Source: Eledone cirrhosa (Eukaryota). Taken from it: a stretch of 64,000 nucleotides of DNA. Below the pieces are notes generated by a model. The model was not told the DNA's origin, did not search any database, and saw only the letters and a program-made list of their open reading frames with translations. The translations under genes and the position numbers were made by a program. The stretch covers positions 147,126,001-147,190,000 of the forward strand of contig OZ024743.1 of NCBI GenBank assembly GCA_964016885.1. Reading direction: 5' to 3'. Position 1 is the first letter of the stretch. The number at the start of each line of letters is the position of its first letter. Below, piece after piece: positions 28,010 through 40,916 of this stretch.

Positions 28010-28622
28010 TATCCTAGACTTAATAATTAAGTAATTAATTTAATTAGACAACTCTGTTGATTGGTTAATTATTTGTGTTTGTTTAATAACGTCTGGTTGA
28101 GAGCTTTTATTCGGAATGTTGAGCGGAAATATTTTTTCCTTTGAATTTACTCGCGGAAATATTTTTTCCTTTGAATTTACTCGCCAAAAACCGGGGATTG
28201 CTTCCCTTGTTCGAAATAACACGTGACAACGAAATGTTTGAAGGCTATCTATTGTGGCGGTCGCATTTAGTTTGTTCACACCAGTTTGAGGCAATTAAAC
28301 GGAATGCCTGTTGATGAAATGAATCCCCTGGTCGATCATGGAATACCACAATCTTACGTGTTACGTAAGTTGGATAGATGATTTCGGATTCATAGAAACA
28401 TATCGGACGTATTGCAGAATATCGTCCGATCTGTCCAGGTCTGTTTTAACCTGATTAGTTCTTTCGTTGTTTTGGTATTGTATGGTTGGGTTTTGCCTGC
28501 CGCAATTTTCAATTTGTCAAGCTATTTAAACGTAATGTTATTGAGTGCTTTGCTACTCATTCCTTATTGTAGGTCGACTTTGCTTGGCCACAGCCAAAGC
28601 TTCGATTTTACTAAGCTTCCAT
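28010..28622 (+). mobile_element. family F non-coding monomer with extended hammerhead (28306-28440)
   Basis: Homologous over its full length to 33081-33690; HHR fold with UUGAUGA core. Confidence 0.8.
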
Positions 28623-28643
28623 TTATATATATAAAAATATATA

Positions 28644-28699
<56 letters not shown>

Positions 28700-28700
<1 letters not shown>

Positions 28701-28775
28701 CAAAGGAATTGTGGTAAGGAACCAGATGGACCATAACGCACCAGAGTACTCAATACTTAGGGTAGTAGAGTGGGA
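28700..28775 (-). mobile_element. isolated family A tail in (TA)n
   Basis: Reverse complement of 15410-15485. Confidence 0.85.
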
Positions 28776-29113
28776 AATATATATATATATACATATTTAC
28801 ACACACTCACATATATATATATATATGCATATATTCATAGAAGGATTTTACCAGTTTTAAACTAGAAAGAGTACATGATACTTGGAATAGTATATATACA
28901 TGTAGGATATCCGTAGATAAAAGGTCAAGGAAAGCAATGCTCAATCTATTGCTCGAGAGCTTATTTATTATAATCAACGCTTCTCTCATTTAACATGCAT
29001 GCGTGACCTTAGGATTTGGCATCCAGTTATGGCCACCACCGTATAAAAGAGGCGCAGCTCACACACACACATACACATGTGTGTGTGTATATATATGTGT
29101 GTGTGTATACATA

Positions 29114-29144
<31 letters not shown>

Positions 29145-29835
29145 CTGTATATGCACACACGCTCGTGGACATATTCGTATGCATATATATCTATATACAT
29201 ATTGTATACACATACACACACACACATACACACGCACACACATATGTACATATGAGTGTGTGTAGGTGTGCGTGTGTGGCCATATTATATGGCCAAATCA
29301 CAAAACATTGGTCGAATTAAAAATTTGAAAATATGTTTGCTGTTTAGGAAAAACTCCATAAGGCATAGGTGAAGAGGTCGAGTAAAGCTCCCTTGGAATA
29401 GAAAAAGGGAACCGTGGCCTGTACATAATCGAATCATGCCCCTCCTCTTATCCGGATGATTGACGTTAGTTATCCAGTAGTCCAACGAATATCAGGCAAA
29501 TAATTCCCCTCTTCCAAAAGATTTGAGATTTGAAGATAATTGCTTATTTGGGAAGCCGCCGCAATGCAGATAAGTAAAAATATATATATATATATAATGT
29601 CTGATTAACTTGTGTAATTTATCTCTAGAAATAAGAAAATGTTCCAAGAAATATGGCACGAGAGGGGATCAAGTGAATTCCCGATGACCGCGTTTTACGA
29701 ATACACCGAAGCGTATCTAACCGCTAATTCGTTCAGAAGCTTTAAGTGTTAAATTATATATCAAACAAAATGGTGCATGTTTCATCGTTGAATATTATAT
29801 ATATATATTTATATATATATATATATTTATATATA

Positions 29836-29907
<72 letters not shown>

Positions 29908-29910
29908 GAG

Positions 29911-30045
29911 AGAGAGGTTCCTGATGATTTCGCACAAATGAAACAGTTCTAGTCCTGTAGAATCTTTTCTATATTAAACATTTATACTCTACTATGTACT
30001 GAGTAACTTACTTACTGTGGTTACCCCCGATTGAACCCGGAATAT

Positions 30046-30046
<1 letters not shown>
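29911..30046 (+). mobile_element. family B copy with complete hammerhead (29911-29970)
   Basis: GGUUC-CUGAUGA-UUUCGCACAAAU-GAAA-CAG UUCUAGUC CUG-UA-GAAUC plus tail. Confidence 0.8.
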
Positions 30047-30083
<37 letters not shown>

Positions 30084-30184
30084 CACATATATATAGGTAA
30101 AATGTAAAAGTGGAAAATCACTTACTTAATCCAACAGAACAAATAATTATAAAATTGTTAGATTAAGTGGATCCAAATTTTATC

Positions 30185-30228
30185 AAATATTACCGGTTTC
30201 GATTGGCCTATCAATCTTATCAAATATT
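30185..30228 (-). ncRNA. minimal hammerhead family H with U3-A8 core
   Basis: AAUAU-UUGAUAA-GAUUG AUAGGC CAAUC-GAAACCGGUA-AUAUU; partial second copy on the plus strand at about 30765-30795. Confidence 0.75.
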
Positions 30229-30482
30229 CAAAAAGTTTGTTCTCATATTCTGTGCGTAGTTAGAACATATGTTCTAATTGCTCTCAGAATATGAGAATAT
30301 ATATGAGAATCCGTTGGTTGGAACGTTATCGAGAATGGTTTGTTAATTTGTTGTTTAAGTAACTTTAAACTGAACTCATCATATGGACTGAGTGCTCTAC
30401 TTACTACAGTTTTAACCTGCTGGTGTTTATATATATATATATAATTACAAGGACGATTTGTTATGCATTACGTTTAATGATT

Positions 30483-30568
30483 GATGACACGCGTTTCGCT
30501 ATTAATCAGCTGAAGGTTCGATCTGCATCGATCTGGCCCGACTCGGGAATCAAAAGCTCGTCGGACCT
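30483..30568 (-). ncRNA. candidate hammerhead with branched stem II
   Basis: GGU-CCGACGA-GCUUUUGAU..AUUAAUAGC-GAAACGCGUGUC-AUC. Confidence 0.45.
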
Positions 30569-30588
30569 CTGCTGTTGTAATGGATATA

Positions 30589-30658
<70 letters not shown>

Positions 30659-31091
30659 CGGTGACAGAGAGAGGTGGAGAGGGGGGACGGGGGGATGGGG
30701 TAAAGTTCCATACAAATCAAATGTTATAGGTAAATAGTAACAATGGAAAATCACAGAAGTTATACCAATCGAAACCAGTAATATTTGACAAAATTTATTA
30801 TCTACTCAATGTAACCTTTCATTCTGTTCGATTACAGTAAAACTAGAAATTTTTAAATACAACTCTTTCTTTTTTATTTTTAATTCTTACCTATAATCTT
30901 TCATTCGTACGGAAATTTACTCCTTCCCGCGCTCGCTCTCTCTCTCTATCTATATATCTATATGTGTGTGTGTGTGTGTGTAAATACTTATATGCATACG
31001 CGTACACACACAGCATACACACACTCTCTCTCTTACACACAATAACATATATATAATATATACATAATTATTTATATATGTATATATGTAT

Positions 31092-31136
<45 letters not shown>

Positions 31137-31375
31137 TATATATATATTCATATATGTGTGTGTATGTATTAAGACAGGGACTGACGCTTCAATGTAATAT
31201 ATTTTATTCTTAATCACACGTGACACGTGTTTCGTGAATATCCAGCCCGGAGCTTTCATCAGTTACACTCAGCTCAACCCTAGTTTCGATTTGTTCATTG
31301 GACGCAAATGGCATTAGAATCAGAATATGTTCAATTCTGTACCACCTTTAGTAATTAGTATTTCCCAGTATCCTA

Positions 31376-31432
<57 letters not shown>

Positions 31433-31545
31433 GCGTATATATATATATATATAATATGTTTATATATATACGTGAGTATATATATATATATATGTTTATA
31501 TATGTATATATATATATATTTTTATATATGTATATATATATATAT

Positions 31546-32784
31546 AATATGTTGAAAAGGTAACACACTAGAAAGGGATACAGTGCGCTATCAATAAAAC
31601 AGGGAAAAATCAACAGTGTATGGAATCTATAATCTATGAAAAGCAGAGTATAGACACGATAATTAAAAATATAAATTAAAGCGTAAATAAATACCTTTAT
31701 AACTATATAACACACGTACAAATCCAAAGTGATCTGTTTCGCCAGTGAGTTGTTGACAGATATGAAATAACCCAGGTTCATCAGCGTGTTTAAGGCTATA
31801 CATTTCAGACAACACTAAGAGAATTTTTAAAGCAACCGTCCAGCTACACGTGGGAGAGAGAAGTCACAGCGTGTTTAAGGGCAGTGAACCAGTGGCCTCT
31901 GAGAGACGAGCTGCTAGAAAGGGCATCCCAAAACCACTCAGAGAAGTGTGCTCAACCTAACAACTTACTGGCGAAACAGATCACTTTGGATTTGTACATG
32001 TGTTATATAGTTATAGAGGTATTTATTTACGCTTTAATTTATATTTTTAATTATCGTTAGTATACTCTGCATTATAGATTCCATACACTGGTGGTTTTTC
32101 CCTATTTTATTGATAGTGCACTGTATCTCTCTCTAGTGTGTTACCTTTTCAACATATTGTATTTTAAAGAGTTCGGGATTTCCTCTCCTCTGAGCACATT
32201 ATTTACAGGGAACGGCGAGAGTCTATGGCTCCGTTAACGTATCGTGATATTTCGCTCCTTATAACAGTATTTCCTCTCTCTCTGTTTGGTTGAGCACACT
32301 TCTCTGAGAGGTTTTGGGATGCCCTTTCTAGCAGCTCATCCCTCAGAGGCCACTGGTTCACTGCCCTTAAACACGCTGTGACTTCTCTCTCCCACGTGTA
32401 GCTGGACGGTCGCTTTAAAAATTCTCTTAGTGTTGTCTGAAATGTATAGCCTTACACACGCTGATGTACCTGGGTTATTTCATTTCTGTCAACAACTTAC
32501 TGGCGAAACAGATCACTTTGGATTTGTACGTATGTTATATAGTTATAGAGATATTTATTTACGCTTTAATTTATATTTTTATTTATCGTGTCTATACTCT
32601 GCCTTTCATAGGTTATAAATTCCATACACTGGTGGTTTTTCCCTGTTTTATTGATAGCACACTGTGTCTCTCTCTAGTGTGTTACCTTTTCAACATATTG
32701 TATTTTAAAGAGCTCGGGATTTCCTCTCCTTTGAGCACATTATTTACAGGGAAGGCGAGAGTCTATGGCTCCGTTAATGTATCG

Positions 32785-32787
<3 letters not shown>
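31546..32787 (+). mobile_element. family G retrozyme-like element: inverted arm plus about 1.5 tandem 532-bp units
   Basis: 31546-31960 is the reverse complement of about 32284-32699; 31959-32245 repeats at 32491-32787; HHR at 31712-31789 (minus) and 32456-32533 (plus). Confidence 0.85.
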
Positions 32788-32873
<86 letters not shown>

Positions 32874-33080
32874 TATATACATATATATATACATATATAT
32901 ATGTGTGTGTGTGTATATATATATATACACACACGCACATGTGCATATATTATATGTATATATATAAAATATAATATAATATATATTATATATATATATA
33001 TAATATATGCACATATGTGTATGTATGTGTGTGTGTGTGTGTCAGTTAGGTGTGTAAATCTCTTTCTATATATATATATA

Positions 33081-34005
33081 TAATTGGAGGCTTAGTAAAA
33101 TCGAATCTTTGGTGGTGTGCAAGCAAATTCGACCTACGATATGAATGAGTTAGCAAAGCACTCGACAAGGGTAGGTCCTTAGAGTAATAACATACGTTTA
33201 AATAGCTTGACAAATTGAACATTCTGGCAGGCAACATCTAACACACAATACCAAAGTAACGAAAGAACTAACAGGTTGAAAAAATACACCTGGACAAATC
33301 AAACGTTATACGTTTAAAGAGTTTCTATGAAACCGAAATCAAATATCAGACTTACGTAACTGGCAATCTCGTGGTATTCGTGATCGAACAGAGGACTCAT
33401 TTCATCAACATGAATTTCGTTCTACCAAAGAACGGGGCGAATACTAAATGGTGCTGCTAGCAGCAGCGATTCGAAAATTTAGTTGTCACGTGTTATTTCC
33501 AACAAGGGAAATAACCCCGGTTTTTGGCGGGTCATTCAAATTGTTATATACAGGAAATATTATAATTTCCGCTAACATTCAGAATAAGCTCTCAACCAGA
33601 TGTTATTAAACAAACACAAATAATTAACCAATCAACAGAATTGTCTAATTCAATTAATTAGGTAATTATTAAATCTAGGAGAAAATAATATAATTGGAGG
33701 CTTAGTAAAATCGAATCTTTAGCGGTGTGCAAGCAAATTCGATCTACGATATGAATGTGTGTGGTCCTTAGAGTAATAACATACGTTTAAATAGCTTGAC
33801 AAATTGAACATTGTGGCAGGCAAAATCTAACACACAATACCAAAGTAACGAAAGAACTAACAGGTTGAAAAAAATACACCTGGACAAATCAAACGTTATA
33901 CGTTTAAAGTGTTTCTATGAAACCGAAATCAATTATCAGACTTACGTAATTGGCAATCTCGTGGTATTCATGATCGAACAGAGGACTCATTTCATCAACA
34001 GGAAT
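33081..34005 (-). mobile_element. family F tandem (about 1.5 units) with two hammerheads
   Basis: TAATTGGAGGCTTAGTAAAATCG at 33081 and 33691; HHR at 33288-33412 and 33878-34002. Confidence 0.85.
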
Positions 34006-34864
34006 TATATATACATATATATATATATGTAAAAGCGTTTATGTATATTTTTTTGTGTGTTTGTGCTTGTTTGTATGTTTGTAGTCTATATTTCATTACC
34101 GACAGTTTTTTTCACAAATTCATCTCACTTTTGTTAATTTGTTTTGGAATAATATATATCGTAACCCCACAATTCACGCTCGTGGATGATATCACTCCTC
34201 ATTTCTGCCTCTTAATATTATACAGTAATATTATACGTTTGTGTAAGGCATTTGATGGTCTATTTCATGGGGATTTTGATGACCCTTTATCACTTCTATT
34301 ATTAGTATATATTTGGTTCTAACTATACATTTTAGTTGTGTTTTGTGTATTGTTAATAGGTGTAGTGTCTCGTGTAATTCTTGTGTTCTATTTGTAATGG
34401 TAATATTCTGTTTTGTTGTTAGAATGTTTAATGTTGACAAGCAATTATTAACTTGTCTGGGATTCATTACCTGGCACATTCTTCTCTGGGGAGTATCTAA
34501 AGACTATTCTAAATTGATATTTTACTACTGACACATTATACCTATTTGGACATTTGCTGTACACAGTTAAGTATGCTCCCTTTTCTGAGTATTTGGTGTA
34601 CAAGGACATATGCATCTGTTATTTCCTTTCTGAATATTTATGTCTAGAAATGGGGTTAATATATTCATAGGAGATTTATTTGTATCGTTCTGGAACTGGA
34701 TGTTTAAGACGAAGTTATTTTCTTGTCTGTTTTTTAATGCTATCACGTTTTCCGGTGTGCTTATTACGACGAATATATTGTGTATTTACTACGCATAGGT
34801 GCTACTTTGTTTTATATTGTGACCACAATGTACACATGGCTACTCGCTTTTTTTAACAGCTGAG

Positions 34865-35270
34865 GGTGGTGGTTTGGCAGTATCGGTAGAGCCTGACACA
34901 CTTTGTTTCACGGTATAGAGTTACGGTCCTTTACGTTCTGATATTAAATCCCACCGAGGTTAGCTTTGTCTTTCATCCTTAAGGGTTGATAATATAAAGC
35001 ACCAGTAATGCACTGTGGTTGATTTAATTGACCTCCCCTCCCTCAAAATTGTTGGCCTCAAGCCTAATCAGAAACCATTATGGTGGATTGGCAGTATCGG
35101 TAGAAGGTTGGACGCCATGCTTTGACGCATAGACTTACGGCCCTTGCCATTCTGAGTTCAAATCCCGCCGAGGTTAACTTTGCCTTTCATCCTTACGGGG
35201 TGGATAAAATAAAGTACCAGTAATGCACTGGGTAATTGCTGGCCTTGTGCCAAAAGTAGAAAGAATTATT
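34865..35270 (+). mobile_element. SINE S1 long and short variants in tandem
   Basis: Two head-to-tail copies. Confidence 0.85.
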
Positions 35271-35399
35271 TAACAGCCGGGCAGCAAAATAATTCTTCTG
35301 TTCTACAAAGCAGTAATAATCTAATCACTACAACAAAACACCTTTCGCTGTTCACAAGGCAAATTTAATGAATGGAAAGATATTGAAGACATATTTTCT

Positions 35400-35850
35400 T
35401 TTAGACGCTCAGGTTCCAAGAATTCTATGTGGCCGACAACACAAAATTATGTGGTGCCAAGTCATCAACATATGATATAACCTAAGTATGTGAACGATAT
35501 ACTCATTATAATGTACTCAACAAATGTAGGTAAATTAAAGCATATCTACAAAAGGAATTTCATATTAAACTTAAATATTCAGAACGATACAAATAAAACG
35601 TCTAGCAATAGAACGATTGCATTTCTAGACATAAATATTTAAATAGAAATTAATAAATACAAAACAACTTTCGACACCAAAGACACAAATAAACGCATAC
35701 ATGTACATGCAGAAGGCGTACAAAATTTAGAAGAACATTAACATAGTCCTTCACAAATGCAGCACAAGATAAAGAATTTCACAGAATAAAACAAACTCTA
35801 ATCAACAACAGATATTATAACAAACTAATAGATCAAGGCATAGAATAATA
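35400..35850 (+). pseudogene. degenerate Penelope-like reverse transcriptase and thumb
   Basis: KYVNDILII (RYVDD-like), IAFLDINI, KTTFDTKDTN, KEFHRIKQTLINNRYYNKLID. Confidence 0.7.
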
Positions 35851-37999
35851 GCGACTCAAATACAACGAATCAAATATATCGCACTCTAAGACTATAAAAA
35901 ATATAGTAAGTGCAGGATAATTGTAGTATATTTATTTTGTATGTAACTCGTTAAAAGTAAATGTTATTAAAGGGGACGCCACTCTAACGATATTCATATA
36001 TATATGATGTCAAATATTTTTTTAAGCCGAAAAAAAAAAAAAATCTTGCTGTATCCCTATTTCGAAATACTCTTGGTAGGATAATAAGAGAGTATTTTCA
36101 CATATGGGAGCCACATCAAATTATATCGGTATTCATATTTTAAATTTTAGTTTGTGTTTCAAAATTAAGGATTTCTCAAGAATACATAAACTACAGAATG
36201 AGATAGGTTGTTTATAATTTATTGTTGTGTATGAAGGCCGCTATCTAATACTCTAGATTTAATTATTATTTTTTAAACACCTGGTATGTGCCGTTAGTCT
36301 AGTGTCAAAACATCTTTGTAATGCTCAAATGCACAATTATGCTGATTATATATAATATTATATTGGTCTGCTGATAATCAGGTGTAACCTATGCAACTCG
36401 GATTAATGTTTCAAAACAACTGCCATAAATTCGACTTACGTTTTGAAATTAGCAATTACATTTAAAGTTTTAATCTTATTTGGTTTCTGTTTACTTTCTT
36501 GAATTTTCTGATTACTTTCTGAACGTTTTATGATCTTGGGCAGAAACATTTTTTCTCAATTTATGTTTCGTTCGTATACTTTTTATGTGCGGTCCATTAT
36601 GCATTTATTAAAAGAAGCCAAAATTATGAAGTATAATTACCTATCGCGTGAATAAACATACACATGAGGACAAAAGAAACGAATTAATTTCGATCTGCCG
36701 ACACATTGAAAGCCTCTTTTGATGCATGACATATGGCAAATGACTTCAACCATTACATAACCAGTTGAAAATGCAGTGATGGAAATTTAAACAACTAACA
36801 CTGAATTCCTTGCAATCTAGAGGCATGTAAAGCCGACTGCTGGAAAGAACTTGTGGCTCTGAATATAATTCCAGTTTACTTTATACATAAATAAATATAT
36901 TTTGAGGCTCTATACAATTCTAACACATGTTTATATTGACTAAATTCACGTTTTATATTGAAAAATATGAAAACCATACATACAAACACGCACACCCATA
37001 ATATATGTATATGTTTTTGTTTGCGCGTGCTATATATATATATATATATATATATGTTCATTCAAATTCAAATCATAAGAATGATAGATGATGGGTGGAA
37101 TATAGTATTATGACAGCATACTTATATCGGAGATAAGAATGTCAGCAGATCAGAGAAAGTTAGGTATATATCAGCAAGGCTTAGAAGACTGTTACCCATA
37201 CAACTTGGATAGATGAGTTATAAAATCCTAAAGAAGATAATCATTATACATACATACACACGAACGCGTATATAGAAAAATATAGTATATCTGTTGGTTT
37301 CGAGGATGAATATTCCGTAATTCAATCCACTTAGCTTCTTGCCCATTAATTCAGCGTGTAAGTGATTGAGTAATACGCAGTCAAAGTTTTTAATGCAAGT
37401 TTCAGCGTAGAGTATCGTGTTCTAATAACTATATATAAAACTCTGCAGATTAATATTAATTACCATCTACCAATTACTCATTTAAACTTAATATAACCAA
37501 AGGTCGATCAAATAAAGACCATTCGATAAATATATAATATGTTCAATTACAAAGACTCCATTCCTCAGAGGACCTTTTCCTACTTATAGCTGTAAGTTCA
37601 ATGCGTGCAACAAATACAAGAATATACACATAGATACACACTTACACGAATATACCACATGCATACATACATGGACAACTGAATAGAGCAAACTATTTGA
37701 GATGTTATGAGTCAATTTATTTTGACGGCAGTTGTTTCTGAGTTTTATACCAAATCATCCTTGATCAAACACATCTATGATAACATACTTTCCAGCCATC
37801 ACCAACTAATCATTTATTTGTTTCAGATATAGTGCATCGGGGAATACATTATCTAATGAGTACTTCTTTTAAGACGACATTTTGTGATGTTTCATTATTG
37901 GCCGATGGTAGAGACATGATTTGTTGCTCGTGGAACAAGTATAATTGGTATTTGTAATCTACATTTCATAGGTGTATGTTTTGTTGTCTATTCATAAAT

Positions 38000-38820
38000 G
38001 GTTTCTAATTAACGCACAAGTCCAACTACTTTTGAGGGGAGGGTTAAGTGATTATAACGATTTCAGTAGCTGACTTTATATTATCAACCCCCCCCCCCCA
38101 AGGATGAAAAATAAAGGAGGTGACCTTGGTGTGATTTGAACTCAGAACGCAAGGAGTCGGAACTAAATACTGCGAGGTGTTTGTCCGACGTTCTAACGTG
38201 TTTGTTAATCCAACACCCTTACAATGCTGCTACTGCTACTGCTGCTGCTGCTACTACTACTACTACTACTACTACTACTGTTGTTGTTGTTTCTTTGTAG
38301 AAGAAAGAAACGTTATTTCAATACTGGACATAACATTACACACAGTTTCTTTGAAAATAGAGTAACATGGTTTAAAGAATCTGGATGAACATTAATAATA
38401 GTTTCTGAATTAGGCACGTAGCCAACAATTTTGTGGGGAGGGAAAATTCGATTAAATCGACCCCATTACGTTACTTGTACTTTATTTTATCGACCCCATA
38501 AGGATGAAAGGCAAAGCTAAACTCGGGGGGATTTGAACTCAACGTAAAGCGACGTAACTCTATGCTGCGTAGCGTGGTGATCGACGCTCTACCGATACAG
38601 CCAATCCACCATATAGGATGAACAGCAATAATAATAATTGTTTCTACGTTAGGCACAAGGCCAGCAATTACCCAGTGTATTACTGGTACTTTATTTTATC
38701 GACACCGTAAGGATGAAAGGCAAAGTTAACCTCGGCGGGATTTGAAATCAGAATGGCAAGGGCCGTAACTCTATACGCCAAAGCATGGCATCCGACACTC
38801 TACCAATACTGCCAATCCAC
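38000..38820 (-). mobile_element. cluster of three SINE S1 copies
   Basis: Copies at about 38000-38215, 38395-38610 and 38635-38820. Confidence 0.85.
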
Positions 38821-39718
38821 AATAATAATAATAATGACGTTTAGCAGAGAGAAAGAGGGGGGAGAAAGAAAGAGAGAGAAAGAGAGAGATAGATAGATAG
38901 ATAGAGAGAGAGAGATAGAAAGAGAGAGAGGAGGGGATTTATTGACTTAAGTACAGAACTGGCTTCATTTATCGATGACTAAATGATAAATAGCACAATT
39001 GATCTAGGTGGGATTTGAACTCAGCGTGCATGTAGAGTTGTACTATTATAGAGAGACAGATTCTTCTGCTAACCATTTTTTTTTTTTTTATTGATATCAA
39101 AGTTTCATTAACCTGATTGACATCCCTAACAACTGTATATACATATATACAACCACGTTGCATCACAGTTTTTTTATTTGCCAAAATCCGCCTATCATTC
39201 CATCCATATATCCGTCGATCCATCAATCTATCGATTCTTCAATCAATCCATTCCTTTATACATTTAACTCCGCACTACATTCAAATCCACCAACTCTGTT
39301 GTAAACATCCCTACCACTACACAACAAGCAGCACAACCTCTACTCTGACAAAAGTAACTATATTCATTAGTTATCAGAGATTTCACTTTTCGCTTGTTTA
39401 AAAAAAATGTACTTTTTTTTTAGTGGTGTTGGATGATATGGTTTTATAGTTTGATGCTTTTTACTTTTGTTTCGTTTTATTCATGTTGTTTTTTGTGTAT
39501 GTATATATGCCTCCTACCCGCCATGTCACATACTTTTAACATGACACAATTAGTAATAATGTCTGTTGTAAATTGCATCCCATTTCCTTCAGCGTACTAA
39601 TTAATGACATCGCAGCCGGCCTCGTCGTCTCTGTTAACATCATCAGCATCACAATGATGATGATGATGATGTTGATCATCATCATCATCAGCATCATGAG
39701 CACGACCGTGATCATCAT

Positions 39719-39755
<37 letters not shown>

Positions 39756-39935
39756 TTCATTTTCATCATAATCATCGTCATCATCAATCCCCCCTCCTCC
39801 TCCTCCTGATCATCATCATCATCACCATCGTCATCACAATCATCGTCTTCATAATCAGTCATCATTGACAACAAGATCAACATATTTCATTCATCTAATA
39901 AGATTTGTATTGTGTTTCTAATGAACTCGCATTAA

Positions 39936-40238
39936 TAATATCCCGAAGACGGCCCTTGCCATTCTGAGTTCAAATCCTGTCGAGGTTAACTTTGCCTTTC
40001 ATCCTTACGGGGTCGATAAAATAAAGTACCAGTAATGTACTGAATAATTGCTGGCCTTGTGCCAAACGTAGAAACAATTAATATCCCGAAGACGGCCCTT
40101 GCCATTCTGAGTTCAAATCCCGCCGAGGTTAACTTTGCCTTTCATCCTTACGGGGTCGATAAAATAAAGTACCAGTAATGTACTGGGTAATTGCTGGCCT
40201 TGTGCCAAACGTAGAAACAATTAATAATATCCCGAAGA
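39936..40238 (+). mobile_element. tandemly duplicated truncated SINE S1 (143-bp period)
   Basis: TAATATCCCGAAGA occurs three times, flanking two identically truncated copies. Confidence 0.9.
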
Positions 40239-40355
40239 TATTACTATTACTTATTTTATAGTTTTTTTGATAATTTTCACTGAGGAGAGAAACATATTTA
40301 TGAAGAGTATCTGATACCAAGGTGGACATAGTATAGAATATATTCTAACATAGTG

Positions 40356-40580
40356 AAGGCGTGTGGCTGATTGGTTAGAGAACTGTATTCGCGATCGTGA
40401 GATTGTTAGTTCTACTCCTGGACTAGGCGACGCGTTATGTTTTTGAGCAAGACACTTTATTTCACGTTGCTCCTTCTACCTGGAGTTGCGACCGATAGAT
40501 ATTATTATCAGTTGGAAATACCAATGTAAACACTGTTTCCTCGGTCCGATTTGACGAAAGTCGATCGACAAATTATTATA
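40356..40580 (+). mobile_element. SINE S2
   Basis: Homologous to 13440-13663. Confidence 0.88.
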
Positions 40581-40916
40581 TTAGCTTCTAGTAATTTTAG
40601 ATTTTTCATTTATAACAAAACAATGATTTGTAAATGTGTAGTCTCATATATTTATTGTTATACAGACTTTCGCTGAACATTCTAATATATAAATCTAAGT
40701 CACGGAAAAATAATTTTTAATTATCTATTTTTCTATATATATTTATTGATATATCAATTCTATTATAATATAAATAAGATTGATACCAGCGTTTTACGGT
40801 AGGAGATTTTTTGTTGGAAATCTTCTTATAAAGAAGAATTTGTTCTTTTCCTCCTATCCTTACGTAAATAACCAAATAATTTATTTATGATAAAAACTGT
40901 ATAAACATGATATTAT

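Noticed and set aside
29655-29735. Minus-strand tRNA-like sequence ending in CCA
   Set aside because: Could not fold a cloverleaf; B box poor
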